A stretch of 64,000 bases of DNA from the NCBI GenBank assembly GCA_965372795.1, contig CBDVDR010000005.1, forward strand, positions 32,001-96,000, given 5' to 3'. The notes below the pieces were generated by a model. It had not been told where the DNA came from. It saw only the letters and a list, made by a program, of their open reading frames with translations, and did no database searches. This DNA comes from an uncultured bacterium (GTDB taxonomy: Bacteria; Zixibacteria; MSB-5A5; GN15; FEB-12). Every line of letters begins with the position of its first letter. The first letter of the stretch is position 1. Of this stretch, positions 20,288 through 30,118 are shown one piece after another. The position numbers and the translations under genes are program-made.

Positions 20288-21192
20288 CAAAAACAAGTTT
20301 AGTTATCGGGTCACGAGGCTCGGATCTGGCTTTATTTCAGGCAAATTTCATTCACGATATCCTCGTAAATGATCACAATTGTGATGTAGAGATAAAAATC
20401 ATAAAAACTATTGGTGACAAGCTCGATCAGATATCTTTTGAAAAGATGGAAGGTAAAGGCTTTTTCACAAAAGAACTCGAAGATGCCCTGCTTCAAAACG
20501 AAATTGATCTGGCGGTTCATTCCCTTAAAGATTTAATGACCTCCCAGCCTGCCGGTTTGAAACTTGGAGCTGCCGGGTATCGGGTTGACCGTCGGGAAAT
20601 GCTGCTTATCAGTAATAGCAGTAAAACTGAAAGCGGAATTCTTCCTATCAAAGATGGCGGTATTATTGGAACCAGTTCTGCCCGCAGAAAATCACAAATA
20701 GCGCATCTAAACCCATCTCTGCAAATAAAAGACCTTCGCGGTAATGTCCCGACCAGAATCAAAAAACTTCGCGATGGACAGTATGATGCAATTATTCTGG
20801 CTGCTGCCGGAGTTACAAGACTTGAACTTGATGTTTCTGATCTGGCAGTCATTTTATTGGACTCCGAACAGTTTTTCCCGGCACCTGCTCAGGGGATTCT
20901 TGGTATTCAAATTCGGGAAAATGATCCAAAAGTTGAAGCTGTGATTTCCAAAATGGGTTCCACTCAAGAAATGAACGAAGCTATGCTTGAGCGGGGATTG
21001 CTGGCCAAGTTTGATTCCGGCTGCTCTTTACCTTTGGGAGTGTTCTCAAAATTTGAAAATGATACGTATACTCTTAAAGCAGTTCTCGGACAGATAGATG
21101 ATGAAAAATGGACAGGCTTGAAACGCATTGAAATTTCCGGAACTGACATTAACCAAATTGTTGAAGAAGCGTTTAATAAGTTGAAAGACTAA
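20284..21192 (+). CDS. hemC: Hydroxymethylbilane synthase
   Basis: GSRGSDLAL, KGFFTKELE, AVHSLKD, GTSSARR, RGNVPTR. Confidence 0.96.
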   Translation: MTKTSLVIGSRGSDLALFQANFIHDILVNDHNCDVEIKIIKTIGDKLDQISFEKMEGKGFFTKELEDALLQNEIDLAVHSLKDLMTSQPAGLKLGAAGYRVDRREMLLISNSSKTESGILPIKDGGIIGTSSARRKSQIAHLNPSLQIKDLRGNVPTRIKKLRDGQYDAIILAAAGVTRLELDVSDLAVILLDSEQFFPAPAQGILGIQIRENDPKVEAVISKMGSTQEMNEAMLERGLLAKFDSGCSLPLGVFSKFENDTYTLKAVLGQIDDEKWTGLKRIEISGTDINQIVEEAFNKLKD

Positions 21193-21199
21193 TTAAGAA

Positions 21200-21898
21200 T
21201 TGAAAATAGGAATTACCCGACCATCAGATCAATTGGCAGAAATAACGGAAAAAGCAACTCAAAGAGGGGTAGACATTGTCGCATTACCTCTTACAACAAT
21301 TACTGCTATTCCGTTTGAATGGCCTCTGGAAAATTTTCCGGATGCTGTTGATTGGCTTATTTTTACAAGCGGCAATGCAGTCAACATATTCTTCGAGCAA
21401 CTTAATCAAAACGACAAAAATTTAGATCAAAATATTAAAATTGCCTCAATCGGCGAAAAGACTTCAAGAGTTTTAAAAAAATATAATCAAACCCCCGAAA
21501 TGACATCTTCCAATTCTTACGGTAAGATCTTGTTTGCTGAATTTGTAAATAAATTTAAAGCACAAAATCTATCGGTAGTTTATGCCAGAGCAAAAGAAGT
21601 TGTTAACGATCCTTCGGAATTATTTTCTCAAAACAAAATAAATTTATATTCGCTTATTTGCTATGAGACATTGGAAAACAAAATTGAGAAATCATTGGTT
21701 GAAGAGTTTGCTAAGGATGATCTGATGTTATTCACTTCCCCATCGAATGTAAAATCTTATGCTAATCAAATTGGGAAACCACATTCATCAGTTTTAGCTA
21801 TCGGCGACACAACCGCCGGCGAAATGAGAAAGCAGGCTTGGGATAAATTTGAAATTATGAATAATCATGATATTAATAATGTATTGGAGTACATATAA
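21200..21898 (+). CDS. hemD: Uroporphyrinogen-III synthase
   Basis: ITRP, WLIFTSGNAV, IGEKT, FTSPS; operon position. Confidence 0.88.
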   Translation: MKIGITRPSDQLAEITEKATQRGVDIVALPLTTITAIPFEWPLENFPDAVDWLIFTSGNAVNIFFEQLNQNDKNLDQNIKIASIGEKTSRVLKKYNQTPEMTSSNSYGKILFAEFVNKFKAQNLSVVYARAKEVVNDPSELFSQNKINLYSLICYETLENKIEKSLVEEFAKDDLMLFTSPSNVKSYANQIGKPHSSVLAIGDTTAGEMRKQAWDKFEIMNNHDINNVLEYI

Positions 21899-22878
21899 TG
21901 GAACAGATGTACCGCCCCAGACGAATGCGGCGCACCCAGATTATAAGAGACCTCGCCTTTGAGCATACTTTCCAAACCTGTCGGTTGATTCAGCCTTATT
22001 TTGTTTGCGAAGGAAATTCTATCAAAGAAGAGATAAAAGGGCTCCCCGGAATTTACCGTGAATCGACTGATTCTCTTATAAAGTCTGTGACCGATGATAA
22101 AAAACTCGGCATCAATAATATTATGCTTTTTGGTGTAACCGACCGTAAAGATCAGATGGCAACTTCCTCAATGGATCAAACTAATCCTGTTATTTCAGCG
22201 ACCAAACAGCTTAAAAAAGAATTTGGCGATGACCTATTTGTCAGTGCCGATGTTTGTTTGTGTGCCTACACCGATACCGGACATTGCGGCGTATCTGTTA
22301 ATGATGAAATTGACAACGATAAATCAGTCGAAGTCCTAAGCAATATGGCTTTGGCTTTGGCGAATGTCGGTTGTGACTGTGTGGCTCCATCGGATATGAT
22401 GGATGGCAGAGTCGGGGCGATTCGAGAAATTTTGGAAGTAAATAATCATCCTGATACAATTATTATGGCATATACGGCCAAGTATGCTTCATCTTATTAT
22501 GGTCCTTTCCGCGAAGCGGCCAATTCATCCCCCGGAAAAGGGAATCGCAAAGTGTATCAGATGGATTTTCGCAATCGCACCGAAGCCATGCGGGAATTGA
22601 TGCTTGATGAAGAAGAGGGTGCTGATATTGTCATGGTCAAACCGGCACTGGCATATTTGGATATTATTTCTGATTTTAAAAAGAATACTGAAATACCGGT
22701 CGCGGCTTATAATGTATCCGGTGAATACACGCAAGTCAAACTTATGGCGCAAGCCGGACTTGTTGATGAAGGACAAATGGTTGTTGAAAATCTAATAGCA
22801 ATGACCCGAGCCGGAGCATCGATAATTCTAACTTATCATTTAAGAGATATTTTGAAAAACGGGTGGAAGAATGGGTAA
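21898..22878 (+). CDS. hemB: Porphobilinogen synthase (Zn type)
   Basis: DVCLCAYTDTGHC, APSDMMDG, YGPFREA, MVKPA, YNVSGEY. Confidence 0.97.
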   Translation: MEQMYRPRRMRRTQIIRDLAFEHTFQTCRLIQPYFVCEGNSIKEEIKGLPGIYRESTDSLIKSVTDDKKLGINNIMLFGVTDRKDQMATSSMDQTNPVISATKQLKKEFGDDLFVSADVCLCAYTDTGHCGVSVNDEIDNDKSVEVLSNMALALANVGCDCVAPSDMMDGRVGAIREILEVNNHPDTIIMAYTAKYASSYYGPFREAANSSPGKGNRKVYQMDFRNRTEAMRELMLDEEEGADIVMVKPALAYLDIISDFKKNTEIPVAAYNVSGEYTQVKLMAQAGLVDEGQMVVENLIAMTRAGASIILTYHLRDILKNGWKNG

Positions 22879-24166
22879 TACAGACAAATCTAAAAAGCTA
22901 ATGGAACTGGCTAAAAAAGTAACTCCCGGCGGTGTTAACTCTCCGGTAAGAGCTTTTAAATCGGTTACGGGAACTCCAAGAATTATTGATAGAGGTGAAG
23001 GCGGATACCTTATTGATGTTGATGAAAATAGATATATCGATTTTTGCTGTTCATGGGGTCCATTGATCCTTGGTCACGCCGACCCTGATGTTGTTGACGC
23101 TGTTAAAACACAGGTTGATAAAGGCATGACATTCGGCGCCTCAACCGAACTGGAATATCAGTTAGCAGAATTTATGGTCGGGCATGTTGATCCGATTGAA
23201 AAAATTCGTTTTGTCTCATCCGGAACCGAAGCTGTTATGTCGGCGATAAGACTTGCACGGGGATTTACAGGACGGGATTTGATTGTTAAATTTGAAGGTT
23301 GTTATCATGGTCATTCCGATCATCTGCTGGTAAAAGCCGGTTCAGGACTGGTAACATTTGGGCAACCATCTTCTGCAGGGGTTCCTGAAGATATTACCAA
23401 AAATACAATCGTGCTTCCGTTGGACAATGAAGAGATGCTCGAAAAATTGTTTACCGAAAAAGGTGATCAGATCGCCGCAATCATTATAGAAGGCATCCCG
23501 GCAAACAACGGCTTGCTGATTCAAAGACACGATTACATGCGCCGATTGAGAGCCTTGACTGAGAAACATGGCGCTTTGTTGATTCTTGATGAAGTTATCA
23601 CCGGATTCCGTCTTGGATTCGGTGGCGCAGCAGCCTATTACGGCGTTCATCCTGATCTTGTCACCTATGGTAAAATTATCGGCGGCGGTATGCCGGTTGG
23701 TGCATTTGGCGGTCGGGCTGATGTGATGGACAAACTTTCGCCGGATGGTCCGGTTTATCAAGCGGGAACTCTATCAGGCAATCCGGTGGCAATGACAGCC
23801 GGTTTGACGACTCTAAGAAAACTAGCTAACGGTAAAATTTATAACGAATTAGAAATAAAAAATCGTAATTTTGTCAGTAAAATAACAACCGAACTTTCAA
23901 ATTATAATTTCACGGTGGTCGGTGTAGCTTCAATGTACTGGATACTGTTCCAGCGTGAACACCCCCGCGCCGCATCGGAAATTAATCCGAACGGTATTTC
24001 ACATTACAATCGGATGCATGAATCAATTCTCGATCAGGGTGTTTATATACCGCCGAGTGGATATGAAGTCTGTTTTATTTCTGCCGCGCATACTGATGAG
24101 ATGCTTGATGAAGCTTCGGATGTTTTAATTAATGCGATCAAAAAAGAGGCTCATACATGGTCATAG
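22871..24166 (+). CDS. hemL: Glutamate-1-semialdehyde 2,1-aminomutase
   Basis: PGGVNSPVRAF, SGTEA, GKIIGGGMPVG, YQAGTLSGNP. Confidence 0.97.
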   Translation: MGNTDKSKKLMELAKKVTPGGVNSPVRAFKSVTGTPRIIDRGEGGYLIDVDENRYIDFCCSWGPLILGHADPDVVDAVKTQVDKGMTFGASTELEYQLAEFMVGHVDPIEKIRFVSSGTEAVMSAIRLARGFTGRDLIVKFEGCYHGHSDHLLVKAGSGLVTFGQPSSAGVPEDITKNTIVLPLDNEEMLEKLFTEKGDQIAAIIIEGIPANNGLLIQRHDYMRRLRALTEKHGALLILDEVITGFRLGFGGAAAYYGVHPDLVTYGKIIGGGMPVGAFGGRADVMDKLSPDGPVYQAGTLSGNPVAMTAGLTTLRKLANGKIYNELEIKNRNFVSKITTELSNYNFTVVGVASMYWILFQREHPRAASEINPNGISHYNRMHESILDQGVYIPPSGYEVCFISAAHTDEMLDEASDVLINAIKKEAHTWS

Positions 24167-25182
24167 AAAATTCAAACTTCATAAACGCCTGTTATGGCAA
24201 AAATAAAGGCGCTATCCCCGTTTGGATAATGAGACAAGCCGGAAGATACCTTCCGGAATATCTGGAAGTGCGCTCGAAAGCATCATTTATTGAGCTGTGT
24301 GAATCTCCTGATTTGATTGCTGAAGTTGTCAGACAACCGATTGCCAGATTTAATCTTGATGCTGCGATTTTGTTTTCTGATATCCTGACGATGCTCGACC
24401 CGATGGGAATGAAATTTGAATTCCCCGAAGGCGGACCGAGAATTGAAAACCCGATTGAAACACCTGACGATGTTAAACGCCTGCATGATTTTGATGTCAA
24501 AGAAAAACTTCCTTTTGTATATGACGGCATTAGAAAAATCAAAGAGATTCTGCCTGACACACCTCTGATTGGTTTTACCGGATCACCTTTTACTCTTGCC
24601 TGTTATTTGATCGAAGGCAAAGGTTCGAAGAATTTTGATAAAGCTAAAAAATTCCTGCATACTTACCCTGAAGCCTCACAGGACCTTTTTGATCTGCTAA
24701 GCACTGTCATAGCAAAACATCTTTCAGCCCAAATAGATGCCGGAGCCGAAGCCGTTCAATTGTTCCAGAGCTGGGACGGGATTTTATCTTATGAAAATTA
24801 CCGTCGCTGGTCGGTTGAACCGGCTCAGAAAATTTTTGGGAAATTAAAAGAAAAAAATGTGCCAAGGATTTTGTTTGTAAATAATGTTGCTCCATACCTT
24901 GATCTTGTTAACGGCGTCGACTGTGAAGTTATCGGGGTTGATTACCGCATAGACCTTGCAACAGCGATGAAAAGTTTACCAACCAAAGCTGTTCAGGGGA
25001 ATCTTGATCCGTCAATTCTGTTTGGTCCGATTGAGAAAGTCAAAGAAGCCACGCTTAAAATTTTGGACAGCCTGCCGGGACATGATAACCTGATTTTTAA
25101 TCTTGGTCATGGAATTCAACCGAAAACTCCAATCGAATCAGTAACTGCTGTCGTAGAAACAGTAAAAAATTACAGGAAATAA
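24157..25182 (+). CDS. hemE: Uroporphyrinogen decarboxylase
   Basis: PVWIMRQAGRYLPEY, AAILFSDIL, QGNLDP, FNLGHGI. Confidence 0.97.
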   Translation: MVIENSNFINACYGKNKGAIPVWIMRQAGRYLPEYLEVRSKASFIELCESPDLIAEVVRQPIARFNLDAAILFSDILTMLDPMGMKFEFPEGGPRIENPIETPDDVKRLHDFDVKEKLPFVYDGIRKIKEILPDTPLIGFTGSPFTLACYLIEGKGSKNFDKAKKFLHTYPEASQDLFDLLSTVIAKHLSAQIDAGAEAVQLFQSWDGILSYENYRRWSVEPAQKIFGKLKEKNVPRILFVNNVAPYLDLVNGVDCEVIGVDYRIDLATAMKSLPTKAVQGNLDPSILFGPIEKVKEATLKILDSLPGHDNLIFNLGHGIQPKTPIESVTAVVETVKNYRK

Positions 25183-25183
25183 T

Positions 25184-26569
25184 ATGTCTGAGAACCGTAC
25201 AACTTCAATACCGATTGAACTATTAAAAAAGTACGACAAACCGGGACCTCGCTATACCAGCTATCCAACCGCCCCAATCTGGACTGATAAAATCGGCAAC
25301 AAAGAATATGCTGAAGATTTAAAAGAAGCTTCAGAACACAGCGACAAAACTCTATCAATTTACACTCACATACCGTTTTGCAAAAAACGCTGTTTCTATT
25401 GCGGATGCAATACCTGCATTACCAATGAAAAGAAAAATTCAGACGATTATATTGAAGTCATTTGTAAAGAGATTACCAAAACTTCTTCATTATTAGCTCC
25501 ACGCAAAAAAATCAGTCAGCTACATTTTGGCGGAGGCACCCCGACCTTCCTTGATATTGAAGGATTAGGCAAAATCTTAGACTGTTATGATGCTTCATTT
25601 GATTTCATTGAGGGATGCGAAAAATCAATTGAAGTCGACCCGCGGGTCACTTCCGAAGAACAACTTGACTACCTAGCCTCTCGTGGATTCAATCGGGTTT
25701 CAATCGGCGTTCAGGATTTCGATCCCGAAGTTCAAAAGGCAAGCGGACGGGTTCAGACCGATGAATTGGTTGCCGCTGTTTTGGATAAATGCCGAAGTTT
25801 AAATTTTAAGGGAATTAACTTTGACCTGATTTATGGACTTCCCCGTCAAACAGCTGAAAGTTTTAAAGCTACTATTGAAAAAGCGATTAAATTCAGACCT
25901 GATCGCCTGGCAGTTTATTCTTTTGCCTATCTCCCGGACTTAAAATCCAATCAGGCAAAAATAATTGAAGATGAACTTCCGATTACGGAAATCAAATACC
26001 AGCTCTTTGCCGATTCGATAGAAAAATTTACTGCTGCCGGGTATCGTCAGATTGGGATGGATCACTTTGCTCTTCCTGATGATGAATTATCTGTTGCTCA
26101 GACCGACGGCCGACTGCATCGAAATTTTATGGGATATACCGTTCAAGCTTCTGAGGAAATGATAGGGATCGGGATGTCATCAATCGGCTATATCAATAAC
26201 GCTTTTTTTCAAAATTTATCAAAGATTAACAGCTATAAAGAGGAAGTCAACTCGGACGATTTTGCTGTTTATCGGGGGATGCGTCTTTCCAACGATGATC
26301 TTATCAGACAATTTCTGATTCAGTCTTTGATGTGCAATTTCCATTTCTCTTTCGCTTCTATGAAGGAAAAATTCAATGTTGATTATCATGAATATTTCAA
26401 AGAGGAGCACCCAAACTTAAAAGAGTTTGTTGAAGACGGCTTTATGACAATTGATGATAACAGCCTGAATGTCACCCCGCTTGGAAGAACCTTTGTGAGA
26501 AATATCTCCATGACCTATGACGCCTACTTAAAAGGCGACAAAAAGGCTACTTTCTCCAGGACAATCTAA
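25184..26569 (+). CDS. hemN: Oxygen-independent coproporphyrinogen III oxidase (radical SAM)
   Basis: PGPRYTSYPTA, HIPFCKKRCFYCGC, GGGTPT, HRNFMGYT, C-terminal FSRTI. Confidence 0.96.
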   Translation: MSENRTTSIPIELLKKYDKPGPRYTSYPTAPIWTDKIGNKEYAEDLKEASEHSDKTLSIYTHIPFCKKRCFYCGCNTCITNEKKNSDDYIEVICKEITKTSSLLAPRKKISQLHFGGGTPTFLDIEGLGKILDCYDASFDFIEGCEKSIEVDPRVTSEEQLDYLASRGFNRVSIGVQDFDPEVQKASGRVQTDELVAAVLDKCRSLNFKGINFDLIYGLPRQTAESFKATIEKAIKFRPDRLAVYSFAYLPDLKSNQAKIIEDELPITEIKYQLFADSIEKFTAAGYRQIGMDHFALPDDELSVAQTDGRLHRNFMGYTVQASEEMIGIGMSSIGYINNAFFQNLSKINSYKEEVNSDDFAVYRGMRLSNDDLIRQFLIQSLMCNFHFSFASMKEKFNVDYHEYFKEEHPNLKEFVEDGFMTIDDNSLNVTPLGRTFVRNISMTYDAYLKGDKKATFSRTI

Positions 26570-27502
26570 ATGGGAAAAACCGGTGTCATACTCCTTAGTA
26601 TGGGAGGTCCTGAGAAATTAGATGACATCAAAGAATATTTGTATAATATTTTTTCTGATCGACTATTGATTCAACTTCCCGGCGGATCATTGTTTCAGAA
26701 ACCGTTCGCCAAACTAATTTCATCGTTGCGTTACAAAAAGGTTCAAGCCCATTATGAACTTATTGGCGGCAGTTCGCCGCTTTTGAAATGGACCAAATCA
26801 CAGGCAGTCCAAATTGAAAAATACTTCCAAAACGATAAGATTGATTTAAAATGCTATATAGGAATGCGTTATTTTCATCCCTATATTGACAAAACTGTTA
26901 AACAAGCTATTAAAGATGGGTGCAAAAGACTAATCGTTCTCCCACTTTATCCACAGTTCAGCCTTGGTACAACCGGCTCCTCCATATGGGAAATAAAAAA
27001 AGTTATATCTCTACATAACGACATTGAAACTATCTACATTGATGATTTCCATGACGACACGGGGTACATTGATTTACTAAAAGATTATATCGAACAGAAT
27101 ATAAATGAGAATGATATCCTGCTGTTTTCAGCTCATTCTATTCCTGAAAAATTTGTTAAAAAGGGCGATCCTTATGTTGATCGCACTAAATTGACCGCCT
27201 CCAAAGTTGCCGGAGTGAGAGAGCATTTTGTAACCTTCCAAAGTCGTACCGGACCGGTTGAATGGGTAGGACCGGATACGGTTGAAACTGTTAGAGAACT
27301 GTTGCACAACCGGAAAGGGAATATTTTTATTGTTCCGATCAGTTTTGTCTGTGACCATATTGAAACGATGTATGAAATAGATATTGAGTTAAAATCACTT
27401 GTTGATGAAAAACATAGAGATCGAATTAAAAGAATGCCGATGTTCAACGATGATAAGAAATTTGCTATGGTGCTATCTAATATTATAAAGAGCAGGATGT
27501 AA
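26570..27502 (+). CDS. hemH: Ferrochelatase
   Basis: MGGP, GMRY, PLYPQFS, FSAHSIP, FQSR, FVCDHIETMYEID. Confidence 0.96.
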   Translation: MGKTGVILLSMGGPEKLDDIKEYLYNIFSDRLLIQLPGGSLFQKPFAKLISSLRYKKVQAHYELIGGSSPLLKWTKSQAVQIEKYFQNDKIDLKCYIGMRYFHPYIDKTVKQAIKDGCKRLIVLPLYPQFSLGTTGSSIWEIKKVISLHNDIETIYIDDFHDDTGYIDLLKDYIEQNINENDILLFSAHSIPEKFVKKGDPYVDRTKLTASKVAGVREHFVTFQSRTGPVEWVGPDTVETVRELLHNRKGNIFIVPISFVCDHIETMYEIDIELKSLVDEKHRDRIKRMPMFNDDKKFAMVLSNIIKSRM

Positions 27503-27503
27503 A

Positions 27504-28880
27504 ATGTCAAAATATGATGTTGCAATTATAGGTGGTGGAATCTCCGGGCTTTCGGCTTTACATTATATTAAAACAAAACATCCAAACCTTTCGGTGCATC
27601 TTTTTGAAAAAGATAATCGCCTGGGTGGTACTATTGGCACTGACAACATCAACGGTTACAGCTTTGACTGGGGTCCCAACGGCTTTCTTGATCGCGAACC
27701 GCTAACCCTTGAACTGTGCGATCAACTTGGTTTGAAAGATCAACTTGAACGAGCCAATGACAGTGTCACTAACCGTTTTATCCTTCGTCAAAATAAACTA
27801 TGTTCGGTTCCAATGTCTCCGCCGGCATTTTTGATGTCTGATATTTTAAGCCTCAAAGGGAAACTTCGCCTGTTCATCGAACCGTTTGCAAAATCCCGCC
27901 CGGAGGGTATTGATGAATCAATTTATGATTTTGTTCAACGAAGAATCGGCACTGAGGCGGCTGACTATCTGGTACAGCCGATGGTATCGGGTGTTTACGG
28001 CGGAGTAGCAAAAAAACTTTCGCTGGCATCCTGTTTCCCGATTATGCGGGAGATGGAAGATGAGTACGGTTCCTTATTTAAGGCGATGATCGCCAAAGCC
28101 AGAAAGGCAAAAGCAAAGAAGAAAAAAACAGGCAGTCCCTCGGGTCCCGGCGGTTGGTTGACCTCGTTTCATGGCGGACTTTATAAAATAATCGAACAAT
28201 TCAATGAACTCTATTCCGATCTTATTACAACCGACAAAGCAACTGAAAAAATCGAACAGGAAGAAAACAGATATAATTTAACGCTTTCCGGTAATGAAAC
28301 CATAACAGCCCAAAAAGTAATTCTGGCTTTACCGGCAAACTACGCCGCACAAATTGTAGGTACTCTCTCTAATCCTTTATCAAAAGCATTGGGTGAGATT
28401 CCTTATGCTCCGATCTCGGTTGTTTGTTTGGGATATAAAAAAGAGAAAATAAATTCAAACCTCGATGGTTTTGGATTTTTAGTTCCTCAAAAAGAAAATT
28501 TATCAATACTCGGGTCGATCTGGACATCCTCTATTTTCAAAAATCGGGCACCTGAAAATTCGGTACAACTTCGAATAATGGTTGGTGGGGATGGCGATCA
28601 CGAATCGTTCAAATTAAGTGACGATGATCTGGTTAAATTGGTGAAAAATGATATGGGCAAAATTTTAAACATCACCGGCGACCCTGATTTGGTTAAAATT
28701 TATAAATGGAAATACGGTATTCCCCAGTTTCGTATCGGTCACAGCGTTACAATGCAAAAAATTGAAAAAGAACTCAATATTCTCGGCAATATTTATATTA
28801 CCGGGAACGCCTATTACGGCATCGGGTTAAACGATTGCATCAAACAATCTTATAAAATCGTTGAAATGTTTGGTAATTAA
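27504..28880 (+). CDS. hemY: FAD-dependent protoporphyrinogen oxidase (HemY family)
   Basis: GGGISGL, GPNGF, GFGFLVP, LGSIWTSSIF, GIGLNDCI. Confidence 0.93.
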   Translation: MSKYDVAIIGGGISGLSALHYIKTKHPNLSVHLFEKDNRLGGTIGTDNINGYSFDWGPNGFLDREPLTLELCDQLGLKDQLERANDSVTNRFILRQNKLCSVPMSPPAFLMSDILSLKGKLRLFIEPFAKSRPEGIDESIYDFVQRRIGTEAADYLVQPMVSGVYGGVAKKLSLASCFPIMREMEDEYGSLFKAMIAKARKAKAKKKKTGSPSGPGGWLTSFHGGLYKIIEQFNELYSDLITTDKATEKIEQEENRYNLTLSGNETITAQKVILALPANYAAQIVGTLSNPLSKALGEIPYAPISVVCLGYKKEKINSNLDGFGFLVPQKENLSILGSIWTSSIFKNRAPENSVQLRIMVGGDGDHESFKLSDDDLVKLVKNDMGKILNITGDPDLVKIYKWKYGIPQFRIGHSVTMQKIEKELNILGNIYITGNAYYGIGLNDCIKQSYKIVEMFGN

Positions 28881-29023
28881 ATCTTCCAAAAATCTTAATT
28901 TGCCGCTCCGGGAACCTAATTTTAAATTGTTAGTTCAATAATTTAATCTATAAATTATAGTATTGAATTATTAGATTTATTAATTAGTTACAATAAATAA
29001 TAATTTACTAACAGGAGCTTTTC

Positions 29024-29836
29024 ATGCAAGAGTACCTCACATTATTAACCGACTGGGGGCAGATGTATGGTCTGAAAATCCTCGGTGCCTTAGCAATCTT
29101 TATCATCGGTCGCATTGTAATCGGAATTTTGATTAGCGGCTTAAAAAAATTAATCAACAAGTCATTCAAAGATGAAACTCTGACAAAATTTCTTGGTAAT
29201 CTTATCAGAATGCTTTTACTGACGGTCTTAGTAATTGTCATATTGAATCAACTTGGCATAGAAACCACTTCATTTATAGCAATTCTCGGTGCCGCCGGTT
29301 TGGCTATCGGTTTGGCATTACAAAGTTCCCTTTCAAATTTTGCCTCGGGGGTGATGCTTATAATTTTTAAACCGTTCAAAACCGGTGATTATATTGAGGC
29401 TGGGGGAACTAACGGTTCGGTTGAAGAAATCGGAGTATTCACAACTACCATGAAAACGCCCGACAATAAAATGATTATTATTCCCAATGGTGCTATAACA
29501 TCTGGAAATATCACTAACTATTCCGCCAAAGAGTTGCGCCGGGTTGACATGGTTTTTGGAATCGGATACGGCGATGACCTTAAAAAAGCAAAAAACACCT
29601 TGGAACGAATCCTCAAAGAAGATTCGCGGGTTCTTGATGATCCGCCTTTCACAGTTGCCGTTTCTGAATTAGCCGACAGTTCAGTGAATTTCGTTGTTAG
29701 GCCATGGGTAAAATCAGCCGATTATTGGGATCTGTTATTTGATATTACCGAAAAAGTCAAACTTACTTTCGATGCTGAAGGTATTTCTATCCCGTTCCCA
29801 CAACAGGATGTTCATATGCACCAGGTCACATCCTGA
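29024..29836 (+). CDS. mscS: Small-conductance mechanosensitive channel
   Basis: GAAGLAIGLALQSSLSNFASG, PFKTGD, IPN, GISIPFPQ. Confidence 0.95.
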   Translation: MQEYLTLLTDWGQMYGLKILGALAIFIIGRIVIGILISGLKKLINKSFKDETLTKFLGNLIRMLLLTVLVIVILNQLGIETTSFIAILGAAGLAIGLALQSSLSNFASGVMLIIFKPFKTGDYIEAGGTNGSVEEIGVFTTTMKTPDNKMIIIPNGAITSGNITNYSAKELRRVDMVFGIGYGDDLKKAKNTLERILKEDSRVLDDPPFTVAVSELADSSVNFVVRPWVKSADYWDLLFDITEKVKLTFDAEGISIPFPQQDVHMHQVTS

Positions 29837-29859
29837 GCATTTTTTATTATATCAGATAA

Positions 29860-29890
29860 GAGCGATTTGGAGATTGACCCCAAATCGCTC
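29860..29890 (+). terminator. Hairpin or probable terminator after mscS
   Basis: GAGCGATTTGG...CCAAATCGCTC 11-bp stem. Confidence 0.55.
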
Positions 29891-29995
29891 CCTTCCTATT
29901 TTTGCGACTATTGTATCCCTTTAGGTACCAACGCCTTAATCACCATAAAAAGCCATTGCATTTTGATCTAAATTACAGTAATTTGATTGGTTATT

Positions 29996-30077
29996 GCGAG
30001 AGTGGTGGAATTGGTAGACACGCTGGATTTAGGATCCAGTACTTAACCGTGTGGGGGTTCGAGTCCCCCCTTTCGCA
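29996..30077 (+). tRNA. tRNA-Leu (anticodon TAG)
   Basis: Acceptor GCGAGAG/CTTTCGC, D loop GGAATTGGTAGAC, anticodon arm CTGGA-TTTAGGA-TCCAG, long variable arm, T arm GGGGG-TTCGAGT-CCCCC; CCA not encoded; upstream of tig. Confidence 0.96.
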
Positions 30078-30118
30078 TGATATTTTGATAATTAGTTAAT
30101 TAATAATAAGGACGTTGC

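Noticed and set aside
29902..30099. 65-aa ORF
   Set aside because: Spans the tRNA-Leu gene; spurious
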